Positions 1 to 9,227 of a stretch of 64,000 nucleotides of DNA are shown piece by piece. The stretch's first letter is position 1; the number at the start of each line of letters is the position of its first letter. Under the pieces are notes generated by a model. That model had not been told where the DNA came from. It was given only the letters and a program-made list of their open reading frames with translations, and searched no databases. Origin of the DNA: an uncultured Clostridium sp. (GTDB taxonomy: Bacteria; Bacillota; Clostridia; TANB77; CAG-508); the NCBI GenBank assembly GCA_946495655.1, contig CAMMDS010000004.1:3365-67364 (forward strand). Reading direction: 5' to 3'. The translations under genes and the position numbers were made by a program.

Positions 1-68
1 ATCCATTATTTAATTTAACAACTTATAATATTATAATAATGAATATATTCAAATTCAATCTCGAACAA

Positions 69-251
69 TTATCTTTTAACTTTAACCTTTTTCTTTACAT
101 TGTCTTTCCTTAAATCAAGTTCTGTTTTATAATATTCCGCAATTAGTTGGTCGAGCTCTACACTTATTTTATAAGTGATGGAATAATCATCTCCATTAAT
201 TATACTATTATTTAGTTCTTCTCTTAATCTACATATTTCTTCTTTTAGCAT
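69..251 (-). CDS. Spo0E-like aspartyl-phosphate phosphatase family protein
   Basis: 60 aa, EICRLREELN...ISVELDQLIAEYY matches the Spo0E S(Q/V)ELDxLI signature; AGGAG RBS upstream. Confidence 0.75.
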   Translation of the reverse strand: MLKEEICRLREELNNSIINGDDYSITYKISVELDQLIAEYYKTELDLRKDNVKKKVKVKR

Positions 252-391
252 AACCCCACTCTCCTTTTCTACTTTTTTCTTTTGTATATTTTAAAAATAA
301 CATATTTTTTTATACTAGTCAACTGTTTTTTGTTGATTTCAAGCGGTTTACGCCAACTTTCGTGTGCTTTTTTTCGACATTCTTCTACACT

Positions 392-1681
392 TTATTTTTT
401 TGATTTACATTTAACTACAGACATTACCATATTCTCTTTTTTAAAGACATTTTTCAAAATGCTTTCTGTGTATTCCTTTGTTACACTATTATATTTTTCT
501 ATATAATCAAAACTATCTATTTGTTTCATCTTGTCTGCCAAAAACATTCTTGCTATATTTCCAACACTGTTATATTCTGCTACATAATCTCCATAGATTT
601 TTTTTCTTATTCTACTAAAATGTTCTTCATTTAAACCTTTATTTTGAAATTCATCTACAATATTTCCAATTTTTTCTTTCACAATATCAGGATTCTTTGA
701 TTGACCAGAAATTAAAATATGTGCGTATTCATCACTAAATTCATAATCTAAATCTGGTTGAGATATTAATATTCCTTCTTCATATAATTCTTTATATGTT
801 TCAGAACTTTTGCCAATTATCATATTTAATAATATTTCTATTGCTATATGTTTTTTTACAATCTCTTCTTTATCATTCAAGCCTTCTATATCTTTGTATC
901 CAATAGCAAAAATTGGCACACTTACTTCCATTTCTATTTCATTATATGGCTTATTTATTGAGTTTTCCTTAGTAGGATATATTCTCTTTATCTCTCCTTG
1001 TTCATTTTTTTGTATTAATCTCTTTTTTATTTCTTCTAGTAATTTTTCAGGTTCAAAATTCCCACATACAACCATTATCATATTAGATGGATTATAGAAT
1101 GTGTTATAACATTTATATAAAACATCTGGTGTGATTTTGCTTATAGATTCTACACTTCCTGCAATATCTATTTTTATAGGGTTTTCTTTATACATACAAT
1201 CCATTGCATTCATGTATAATCTCCAACTTGGCTCATCATCATACATTTTAATTTCTTGAGCAATTATTCCTTTTTCTTTTTCTACATTTTCATCTGTAAA
1301 ATATGGATGTTGTACATAATCCATTAATTCATCTAAACCTTTATAAAAATTATCTGTGCATTCAAATAAATATGCAGTATGGTCATTTGTTGTGTATGCA
1401 TTTGCTTCTAACCCTAATGCCATCAAAGTATCTAGACTGTTAGTTCCATCTGGTTGTTCAAACATTTTATGTTCTAAAAAATGTGCAACTCCATCTGGAA
1501 TGAATACTTCTTCACCAGTATCTGGCATAATAAATCTATTATCAATTGAACCAAAATGTGTACCCCAAATAATATATTTTTTATCTAAATTAGGTTTAGG
1601 TATTATTATTGCTGTCATACCATTATCTAATTTTTCTATATATTCCTTTTCTTTTATTCTTGAGCTTTCTATTATTTTCAT
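392..1681 (-). CDS. M16 family zinc peptidase (YmfH-like)
   Basis: HFLEH inverted zinc motif, NAYTT, EKEKGIIAQEI. Confidence 0.9.
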   Translation of the reverse strand: MKIIESSRIKEKEYIEKLDNGMTAIIIPKPNLDKKYIIWGTHFGSIDNRFIMPDTGEEVFIPDGVAHFLEHKMFEQPDGTNSLDTLMALGLEANAYTTNDHTAYLFECTDNFYKGLDELMDYVQHPYFTDENVEKEKGIIAQEIKMYDDEPSWRLYMNAMDCMYKENPIKIDIAGSVESISKITPDVLYKCYNTFYNPSNMIMVVCGNFEPEKLLEEIKKRLIQKNEQGEIKRIYPTKENSINKPYNEIEMEVSVPIFAIGYKDIEGLNDKEEIVKKHIAIEILLNMIIGKSSETYKELYEEGILISQPDLDYEFSDEYAHILISGQSKNPDIVKEKIGNIVDEFQNKGLNEEHFSRIRKKIYGDYVAEYNSVGNIARMFLADKMKQIDSFDYIEKYNSVTKEYTESILKNVFKKENMVMSVVKCKSKK

Positions 1682-1723
1682 TTAATATCATCCTTTCAAA
1701 AATTGCAGTTAAAAAAGTTGTTC

Positions 1724-2998
1724 TTAATCTCTTAAAAAGTATATTGTGTTAATCCAAATATCTTTTGCTACTTCTAGTATATCTTGTTTAGAAACTCTTT
1801 TAATCTTATCTACATATTTTTCTAGACTTGTAAATGTATCAGATAATTCTTGTCCATAATAGTATGTTATTTCTGAATCTTGTTCTGATGTAATACTATT
1901 TATTGAAGCTACGATTAATTCTTTAGAATTATTTATATCTTCATCTGTAAAGTTTCCATTTTTCATGTCTTCGATTTGTTCTTTAATTGTACTTAATGCT
2001 TTTTCATAATTCGCTATTTCAATTCCACATCTTATAAATATAGCGCTTTTTTGTCTTCTAAAAGTTGATCCAGCAGTATATGCTAAACTATTTTTCTCTC
2101 TTACATTTTGGAAAAGTTTAGAATTTGCTCCTCCACCAAGTATTGCATTGTATACAGATGTAATGTATTTTGCCCCATCTTTTTGACTGTTTGCATTTAA
2201 TCCTATAACTAGATTTCCTTGTCCTACTTGCATATGTTCTTCTACAACATTTTCTTCTCCTTTATCTGCTACTTCTGATTTTTCTTTGTTTACAATATAT
2301 ATTGGTTCTCTTTCTGTTAATTTCTTTATTTCCTCATTATTCTTAATTAGTAGATTTATATTATCATTTTCTATCTCTCCAGATACAAAAATATCAATCT
2401 TACATTCGCTTATTATTTTTTTATAGTATTCATATAAATCTTGAGCTGTAATTTTGTCTAGGTCTTCTATATATCCATATTTATATAATCCGTAAGGCTC
2501 ATTTTTGAACATTTCTTCAATACATCTCTCAAAAGAATATACTCTCTTATTATCTATTTTAGATTCTATGATTTGTTTCAATTTTTCTTTTTCACTTTGT
2601 ACATATTCTTCTTTAAAACCATTATTTTCTATTAATGGATTAAATATTATATCAAATAAAATTTCTATACATTTTTTTGTTAATTCTTCTTTTTCTGGTA
2701 AAAAGCTTTCATTAATTGCTTCTAAATAAAATTTCATAATATGATTATCACCAGTTTTTTCTATTCCACAGTCAAAACTTGCTCCATACATTTCCTCTAA
2801 TTTCTTACTGATTAAATCTTGAGATTTTATATTTTGAGTTCCTCTTCTTAAAATTGCAGTAATCAACGCATTCTTAGTTACGTTTTCTCTACTTAAAGGT
2901 GTAGCTAAAAATACTGCAAATAAATTCGTTTTAAATTTATTTGTTTTTATATTATGGATTGTAATACCCTTTTTTATTTCTGTTTTTGAATAATTCAT
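1724..2998 (-). CDS. M16 family peptidase, non-catalytic partner (YmfF-like)
   Basis: M16 C-domain SKLFQNVREKNSLAY, no HxxEH motif; tandem with the catalytic subunit. Confidence 0.85.
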   Translation of the reverse strand: MNYSKTEIKKGITIHNIKTNKFKTNLFAVFLATPLSRENVTKNALITAILRRGTQNIKSQDLISKKLEEMYGASFDCGIEKTGDNHIMKFYLEAINESFLPEKEELTKKCIEILFDIIFNPLIENNGFKEEYVQSEKEKLKQIIESKIDNKRVYSFERCIEEMFKNEPYGLYKYGYIEDLDKITAQDLYEYYKKIISECKIDIFVSGEIENDNINLLIKNNEEIKKLTEREPIYIVNKEKSEVADKGEENVVEEHMQVGQGNLVIGLNANSQKDGAKYITSVYNAILGGGANSKLFQNVREKNSLAYTAGSTFRRQKSAIFIRCGIEIANYEKALSTIKEQIEDMKNGNFTDEDINNSKELIVASINSITSEQDSEITYYYGQELSDTFTSLEKYVDKIKRVSKQDILEVAKDIWINTIYFLRD

Positions 2999-3079
2999 AT
3001 TTTCTCTCCTTCCATTTTATCATCTTTCTTATTATAATATTATTTTTGTAAAGTATACAAGTATTTTATTGCAAACTAT

Positions 3080-3117
3080 AAAAACTGAAAACTAGATTAT
3101 CTAATTTTCAGTTTTTT
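3080..3117 (-). terminator. Intrinsic terminator downstream of rpsU
   Basis: Inverted repeat AAAAACTGAAAA...TTTTCAGTTTTT immediately after the rpsU stop. Confidence 0.7.
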
Positions 3118-3124
3118 ATATGTA

Positions 3125-3295
3125 TTAAAATTTTCTTTTTCTAGCAGCCTCTGATTTTTTCTTTCTTTTAACACTTGGTTTTTCATAGTGCTCTCTTTTT
3201 CTTACTTCTTGAAGTACACCATTTCTAGCGCATTGTCTTTTAAACCTTTTTAAGGCATCTTCTATATTACCATTATTAACTTTAACCTCTGACAT
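3125..3295 (-). CDS. rpsU: 30S ribosomal protein S21 (absent from the ORF track, 56 aa)
   Basis: Manual translation [64 protein letters not shown]. Confidence 0.97.
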   Translation of the reverse strand: MSEVKVNNGNIEDALKRFKRQCARNGVLQEVRKREHYEKPSVKRKKKSEAARKRKF

Positions 3296-3377
3296 TTTAT
3301 TCCCCTCCTTCCAGTATTACACATATATGTGTTCAGTGTGGGATTTCATTATGTTCTTTCATTCGTGAACAAATATT

Positions 3378-3406
3378 ATTATACTTAAAACTCTATATTT
3401 TGTCAA
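3378..3406 (-). promoter_or_regulatory. SigA promoter of rpsU
   Basis: TTGACA-17 bp-TATAAT on the minus strand. Confidence 0.85.
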
Positions 3407-3449
3407 TACTGGAATGAAGGTTTTGGCAATTTTATCCAAATTTTTGTCA

Positions 3450-4685
3450 TTATTTAATTCTAATTCTATCTCCAACATAAATTAAGTTTGGATTTAATAT
3501 ATCATTTTTCTTTACTAGGTCATCTACAGTTGTATTATATTTTAATGCAATTTCTGATAATGTATCTCCTCTTTTTACTGTATAAAAACTTTCTGAATTT
3601 TCTTTATTTGTTCTAATCTTTATTGTTTCACCTGCATATATCAAATTTGGATTTTGTATATTATTTAAATTTACTAGACTAATTACAGTTGTATCATGTT
3701 CTAATGCAATTTCTGATAAAGTATCTCCTTTCTTTATAGTATATATTATTATATTTTCAGAACTGTTATTTTCACTTTCACTATTATTATGATTGCACGA
3801 TATTGTTAATATTTCTCCAACAAAAATCAAGTTTGGATTTTGTAAATCATTTATTAATACTAAATGATTTACAGTTGTATTATGCTCTAATGCAATTTCC
3901 GATAATGTATCTCCTCTCTTTACTTTATATAAGATTCTGTCCTCTTTATCACATTTAGGATCTTCTACACTAGGTACTTCTTCTACATTATTTAATAATA
4001 TATCTTCTGTAAACTCATCTAAATCTACATTTCCACTTATTCCACTAATTCTTCCGGTAGAAGAATATTGATATCCAACCCAATTTTTCCAATTTCCATT
4101 GTCTTGAGGTTCACTTACACCATATTGTGCGACCCATAATGGTTCATTTGCAACTTCGCTATTAAATACATATTTAGCATCATATGTATTACTGTATACT
4201 ACAACATCTTTTCCAGATAATCTTTTTACTTCTTTCATATATACTACTGCTATTTCATTTATTTGAGATTTATTTAAGCTTCCAAATGATTCGAAATCCA
4301 TTGCTAATTTACAATCTATTTGTTTTCCTGATATTAATGATACAAAAAATTGGGCTTGCAGTTTAGCATCTTCAACACTTCTTGCAGTCATGTAATGATA
4401 TACCCCTATTTTTAATCCATTTCTTTTTGCTTCTTCATAGTTTCTTTCAAATTGAGCATCTTTATAGCTAAAACCTTGACCTGCCCTTATATATACCATT
4501 TCTATTCCCGCTTCTTTTACTCTTGCGAAATTGATACTTCCTTGCCATTCACTTACATCTATTCCTTTGTATATTACATTACTTGATGGTGATAATGCAT
4601 ACACTGGAACAGAAATTATTAATAAAATTATAAGAATAAAAGTTCCTGTTAGTATTTTTTTATGCATTGAAAAAGCTCCTTTCAT
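3450..4685 (-). CDS. Secreted GH25 muramidase with three C-terminal LysM domains
   Basis: Signal peptide, GIDVSEWQG, DFE, WVAQY, VDLD motifs; three Y(T/K)(V/I)KxGDTLSEIA repeats. Confidence 0.92.
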   Translation of the reverse strand: MKGAFSMHKKILTGTFILIILLIISVPVYALSPSSNVIYKGIDVSEWQGSINFARVKEAGIEMVYIRAGQGFSYKDAQFERNYEEAKRNGLKIGVYHYMTARSVEDAKLQAQFFVSLISGKQIDCKLAMDFESFGSLNKSQINEIAVVYMKEVKRLSGKDVVVYSNTYDAKYVFNSEVANEPLWVAQYGVSEPQDNGNWKNWVGYQYSSTGRISGISGNVDLDEFTEDILLNNVEEVPSVEDPKCDKEDRILYKVKRGDTLSEIALEHNTTVNHLVLINDLQNPNLIFVGEILTISCNHNNSESENNSSENIIIYTIKKGDTLSEIALEHDTTVISLVNLNNIQNPNLIYAGETIKIRTNKENSESFYTVKRGDTLSEIALKYNTTVDDLVKKNDILNPNLIYVGDRIRIK

Positions 4686-4799
4686 ATATATTTCACTAAT
4701 ATATTATGAATAAAGCTTTTGTTTTGATATAATATAATATAATATAATTTATAATTTGCTATATAGAACTTAGATTTATGATATCATAATTTAATTATT

Positions 4800-5837
4800 T
4801 TATTTAGTAATACTTTTCTCTATGACCTCATAATCTAGCAATTCAATTTTGTTTGATATATATTCTTTATTATTATCAATATCTTTAGATAAATCTGTAC
4901 TTAAATATTTTTTATTATCATCCGCAAATACTGTAACTACTGGTTTATTTACTTTCTCTTGATAAATTACACTTGCTAAAAAATTTGCTCCTGATGAAAT
5001 TCCAACTCCTAAACCTAAATCTTTTGCTAGTTTTCTGGACATATTAACTGCATCATCATCATTTACTAATATAATATCATCCACTAAATCTCTATCAAAA
5101 AGATCCGGAACAAAGTCGTCTCCAATTCCTTCAATTTTATGGTGTGCTATCATTTTATTTTGTGAAATCAATGGCATTTTATCAGGTTCTAATGCTATTA
5201 TCTTTATATTATTATCATATTTTTTTAGTTTTTTACCTATTCCTATTAATGTTCCTCCTGTTCCAACACCTGATATGAATGCGTCTACTTTTTCTGGTAA
5301 TGCTTCTACTATTTCATTCCCTGTTGTTTCATAATGTGCTAATAAATTATCCGTATTCGCAAACTGATTAGCTAAAAATGCATTATTCTCTTCCGCAAAT
5401 TTTTTAGCTTCTTCCAAACATTTTTTAAATCCTCCTTCTTCTTTAGAAATAAGAGTTACGTGTACTCCATAGTTATTCATAAGTTTTACTCTCTCTACAC
5501 TTGCCCATTCTGGCATAAAAATATATACCGGATGATTAAAATAAGCACCCAAAGCTGCAAGTGAAATTCCTGTATTTCCACTAGTTGCTTCAACTATTGG
5601 CATATTGGCTTTGAGTTCATTTCTTTCTTTAGCTTTAGTTATTATATAATATGCCACTCTGTCCTTTATACTACCTGTAGGATTATAAGCTTCCAATTTT
5701 GTATATACAAAATTGATTTTTTGATTCATTTTATATGATATCTTTATCATTGGAGTATTTCCTATATGTTCAAGCATTATATATCTCCTCCCTATTTTAA
5801 ATGTATTTATTATATATAATATACATTTTTTTGGCAA
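4800..5837 (-). CDS. cysK: PLP-dependent cysteine synthase family protein (true start probably the second Met)
   Basis: IGNTP, KLEAYNPTGSIKDR, EATSGNTG, GVGTGGT. Confidence 0.85.
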   Translation of the reverse strand: MPKKCILYIINTFKIGRRYIMLEHIGNTPMIKISYKMNQKINFVYTKLEAYNPTGSIKDRVAYYIITKAKERNELKANMPIVEATSGNTGISLAALGAYFNHPVYIFMPEWASVERVKLMNNYGVHVTLISKEEGGFKKCLEEAKKFAEENNAFLANQFANTDNLLAHYETTGNEIVEALPEKVDAFISGVGTGGTLIGIGKKLKKYDNNIKIIALEPDKMPLISQNKMIAHHKIEGIGDDFVPDLFDRDLVDDIILVNDDDAVNMSRKLAKDLGLGVGISSGANFLASVIYQEKVNKPVVTVFADDNKKYLSTDLSKDIDNNKEYISNKIELLDYEVIEKSITK

Positions 5838-5915
5838 CTGTTATTTTTACTATGTATTGAAAACCATTTATTTTTATAATATAATATTTATATATAATTC
5901 GATGGAGGTGTAGTT

Positions 5916-6725
5916 ATGGATAAAATTGCAATTATTTCTGATGTTCACGGAAATATTACTGCCCTTAAAGCTGTAATTAATGATATTGAATCAAGACATA
6001 TTGATAAAATATTCTGTCTAGGTGATAGTGTTTTAAAAAGTTGTAATTCAGATTTAGTAATCGATTTACTTCGTGAAAAATGCGATGTTATTATAAAAGG
6101 GAATTGTGATGAAGCTATAACTAGACCTGATATACCTAAAGGGAAATTTTGGACAAGAGATTTAATAGGCGAAGATCGTGCTTCATTTATATATAATTTA
6201 CCCATTTCATATGAATTTTATTTAAGCGGATACTTAATCAGACTTTTTCATGCATCACCTTTTGGATTAGATTATGTTTTTAATCCAATGTTCTCAAATA
6301 AAAATACAATATATTCTGCAACAGAAATACACAACGGTTTAGAATTGTTTGAAAATACAGAATTTATTGGAAAAACAAATGTTGATCCTATTCCTGATAT
6401 AGTCGGATATGGACATATTCATACTCCAAATATTTTTAGAATTGGCAATAAAACTATATTTAACCCAGGAAGTATTGGTATGCCTATTGAGATGCTTAAT
6501 GATAATCCATCAGACAAAACTAATCAATTTTCTACGGTTGCATCATATATTATCTTAGAAGGTAATTATGAGAGCAAAGTTCTTTCTTCTATAAGTTTTA
6601 ATCTTGTAAGACTTCCATACAATATTGAAGAAGAGATTAAACTTTTAGAAAAATCAACATTACCTAGTAAAAATAGAGTTATAGCTGAATTACGAAGTGC
6701 TACTAATTACTCGAATTTTAAATGA
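5916..6725 (+). CDS. Calcineurin-like metallophosphoesterase
   Basis: SDVHGN, LGD, GNCD, GHIH, NPGSIG. Confidence 0.88.
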   Translation: MDKIAIISDVHGNITALKAVINDIESRHIDKIFCLGDSVLKSCNSDLVIDLLREKCDVIIKGNCDEAITRPDIPKGKFWTRDLIGEDRASFIYNLPISYEFYLSGYLIRLFHASPFGLDYVFNPMFSNKNTIYSATEIHNGLELFENTEFIGKTNVDPIPDIVGYGHIHTPNIFRIGNKTIFNPGSIGMPIEMLNDNPSDKTNQFSTVASYIILEGNYESKVLSSISFNLVRLPYNIEEEIKLLEKSTLPSKNRVIAELRSATNYSNFK

Positions 6726-6728
6726 TTA

Positions 6729-7994
6729 TTGTATAAAGAAGGTTTGTATATGGATGATAAACTGAAAATTGTAAAAGAAAAATTAGAAAAATATAATCAA
6801 CAACATTTAATACAATTTTATTCTGAACTTACAGATGTGCAAAAAAGTAATTTATTAAATCAGATATTGAAAATAGATTTTGAAGAAATTTTAGAATTAT
6901 ATGAAAAATCTAAAACTGATATATTTGAATCTACAGAAGAAATAGAACCTATAGATTATTCTATTAAATCTGAACTATCTAGTAATAAAATTAAACAACT
7001 AGAAAATTTAGGATTAAAGGCAATAAAATCAGGAAAAGTTGGTGTGATTACATTAGCAGGAGGTCAAGGCTCTCGACTTGGCTTTTCTGGGCCTAAAGGT
7101 ACTTTTTGCTTAGATATTAAACCACAAAAATCATTATTTGAAATTTTATGTGATTATTTAAAAAAATATTCTTTAAAATACAAAGTTAATATTCCCTGGT
7201 ACATAATGACAAGTACTAATAACTATTTTGATACAATAAGTTTCTTTGAACAAAATAATTTTTTTGGATATGATAGAAATAATATTCTATTTTTTACACA
7301 AGAAAATATGCCAATAATTGATATTCATGGTAAGTTAGTCCTTTCAGAAATATATTCTGTAAATCTAGCTTCTAATGGAAATGGTAATTTATTTAGTGCT
7401 TTAAAAAAAGCAAATTTAATTAAAGACATGGAAAATAGAAAATTACAATGGCTTTTTGTAGGTGGAATAGATAATGTATTATTAGATCCATTAGATCCAA
7501 TATTTATTGGATTTGCCATAAATTCAAAATTTGAAATAGCTTCTAAAACACTATTTAAAGAATCTCCTAAAGACTTTAATTGGATATTTGCAAAAAAGAG
7601 TAATAAGCCTTCTATTGTTGACTGTGAGAACTTTACTGAAGAAATATCAAAACTAAAAGATGGTAACGGAAAATTCTTGTATAGAGAAACAAATATGCTT
7701 GCTCATTTATTCAATATAAATGCAATTAAGAAAATGTCTAATATATCTTTACCATATCATAGGGCATTTAGAAAAAATCCTTTTGTTAATACTGAAGGTA
7801 TGAAACAAGTGCCAGATACTCCTAACATATATAAATTTGAACAATTTGTTTTTGATGCTTTTCCATATTTTGATAATATTGCACTTCTTAGAGTTGATTC
7901 AGAAAAAGAGTTTGCACCAATAAAAGATTTTAATAGTAAATTTAATCCTGAAATTGCTGCTCAAAAATATGAAAAATTTGTTTTAAATAAATAA
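6729..7994 (+). CDS. UDPGP-family nucleotidyltransferase (UDP-GlcNAc pyrophosphorylase-like)
   Basis: LAGGQGSRLG..GPKG, GNGNL, IDN, KFEQFVFD, EFAPIK. Confidence 0.85.
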   Translation: MYKEGLYMDDKLKIVKEKLEKYNQQHLIQFYSELTDVQKSNLLNQILKIDFEEILELYEKSKTDIFESTEEIEPIDYSIKSELSSNKIKQLENLGLKAIKSGKVGVITLAGGQGSRLGFSGPKGTFCLDIKPQKSLFEILCDYLKKYSLKYKVNIPWYIMTSTNNYFDTISFFEQNNFFGYDRNNILFFTQENMPIIDIHGKLVLSEIYSVNLASNGNGNLFSALKKANLIKDMENRKLQWLFVGGIDNVLLDPLDPIFIGFAINSKFEIASKTLFKESPKDFNWIFAKKSNKPSIVDCENFTEEISKLKDGNGKFLYRETNMLAHLFNINAIKKMSNISLPYHRAFRKNPFVNTEGMKQVPDTPNIYKFEQFVFDAFPYFDNIALLRVDSEKEFAPIKDFNSKFNPEIAAQKYEKFVLNK

Positions 7995-8000
7995 TTTACA

Positions 8001-8050
8001 AAAAAAGATTGTTCTTATTTCAAATTTCGACAAATAAGAACAATCTTTTT
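8001..8050 (+). terminator. Intrinsic terminator
   Basis: AAAAAGATTGTTCTTATTT...AAATAAGAACAATCTTTTT. Confidence 0.75.
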
Positions 8051-8079
8051 AACAGATTTTACATTTTTTGTAAAAAGTA

Positions 8080-8108
8080 TTGATTTTTTTATTAAGATAC
8101 AATATAAT
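8080..8108 (+). promoter_or_regulatory. SigA promoter facing a non-coding region
   Basis: TTGATT-17 bp-TATAAT. Confidence 0.7.
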
Positions 8109-8113
8109 TTATT

Positions 8114-8313
8114 CATACTGTTAGAGATTAACGTAATCCATTTTGTTTTTAATCTTGGTAAGGCCATACCATTTATTTCATAAATTTATTTTTGTCTAAA
8201 ATATTTAGTTACGGAATTGTTTTGAGTCATGTTTTATTTATTTCATTTTTTGATATACTATTTCCATATCTAGATACAAATATTAATTAGATAATAGTAA
8301 TATCAGCAGTATG
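8114..8313 (+). ncRNA. Candidate ~200-nt sRNA with a 5'/3' closing stem
   Basis: Starts ~6 nt after the -10; CATACTGTTAGAGATTA pairs with TAATATCAGCAGTATG; internal short hairpins; terminator at 8330-8355; no credible ORF. Confidence 0.5.
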
Positions 8314-8329
8314 TACTGTTTTCTTTTGT

Positions 8330-8355
8330 GATGTAGAAGATGCATATTCTACATC
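8330..8355. terminator. Hairpin between the candidate sRNA and the convergent CDS
   Basis: GATGTAGAA...TTCTACATC. Confidence 0.6.
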
Positions 8356-8357
8356 TT

Positions 8358-8855
8358 CTAATATTGCACTCCAACTAATTCATATTCATAATTTTTATAA
8401 TTAGGAATATATTGTTTTAATATCTCTTGGAATTTCTTACTGCTTTTATTAATTTTCAAACGGCAGAACTCATAAAATATAACATATTCTATTATTTCTT
8501 TTCTATATTTTACTATATCTGGATTTATTATAATTCTATTTGCTAATCTTTTTCCCAATCTTTTATCCAAACGCATTATTTTATAATCATCTGGTGCAAA
8601 TTTTAATGTTGTTCTTACTTTCTCCATTATAATATCTAGTTCTTTATTAGCAATTGCATCATACATTTTTTCTAATAACATTTCCACAATTATATCATTA
8701 TTAACTTTTTTGTATTTTATTGGAAGGCTTATCGCTATTTGTTTTTCTTCTAAATCTAGTTTAGGGTTTTTTATTCTTTTATAAGATACTTTTAGATTAT
8801 AACTAATCCCAAAAATTTTTACTGATTTTAATATACTTTCTTTAACATTTTTCAT
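8358..8855 (-). CDS. YgjP/DUF45 (M48-like) family protein with a degenerate zinc motif
   Basis: IIINPDIVKY..EIIEYVIFYEFCRL..SKKFQEILKQYIPNYK aligns with the family C-terminus, but HExxH is replaced by YEFCR. Confidence 0.65.
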   Translation of the reverse strand: MKNVKESILKSVKIFGISYNLKVSYKRIKNPKLDLEEKQIAISLPIKYKKVNNDIIVEMLLEKMYDAIANKELDIIMEKVRTTLKFAPDDYKIMRLDKRLGKRLANRIIINPDIVKYRKEIIEYVIFYEFCRLKINKSSKKFQEILKQYIPNYKNYEYELVGVQY

Positions 8856-9227
8856 AGCATTTGCCTCCTATTTTTTATTTACAAATTAATTATTTACTTA
8901 GATTTTTATGTTTTTATTTTTTCTTTTTCTCTGAACTTTTGTTTGTATTATTTTACACTTCATTTTATATTTTGTCAATAGTTTTTCTCAAAAATTTGTT
9001 CGGTTTTTTTAAAATTTTTATTTTTCATATTTTGATATTAAATTGACTAAAACAATTCTCTATGATAAATTATAAGAAAAGTGGCTTCGCCATATGTGCA
9101 TTTCGCTTGGCGAATATGCACAGCCCAAAGAAACTTAACCTTGTTGTATAGTAAGAATCGCTAAAAATACTAAAATATCGAGGAAATCGTCGATTTTCAC
9201 TATACAATAAATAAATTAAAGAGAGGG

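Noticed and set aside
282..2729. Plus-strand ORFs antisense to the M16 genes (and similar short antisense ORFs throughout the track)
   Set aside because: Shadow ORFs of AT-rich coding strands: no RBS, no recognisable motifs, fully overlapped by well-supported genes.
3470..3930. Repeated DNA segments (TAATGCAATTTC.GATAA.GTATCTCC)
   Set aside because: They encode the three LysM domains; not CRISPR or mobile repeats.
3450..4685. GH25-LysM as a prophage endolysin
   Set aside because: Has a signal peptide and no holin or phage neighbours; more likely a host cell-wall or spore hydrolase.
7758..7766. AGG codons as additional frameshift sites
   Set aside because: In-frame AGG occurs in intact genes here (also in dgt, GAA AGG GAT) with no frame disruption.
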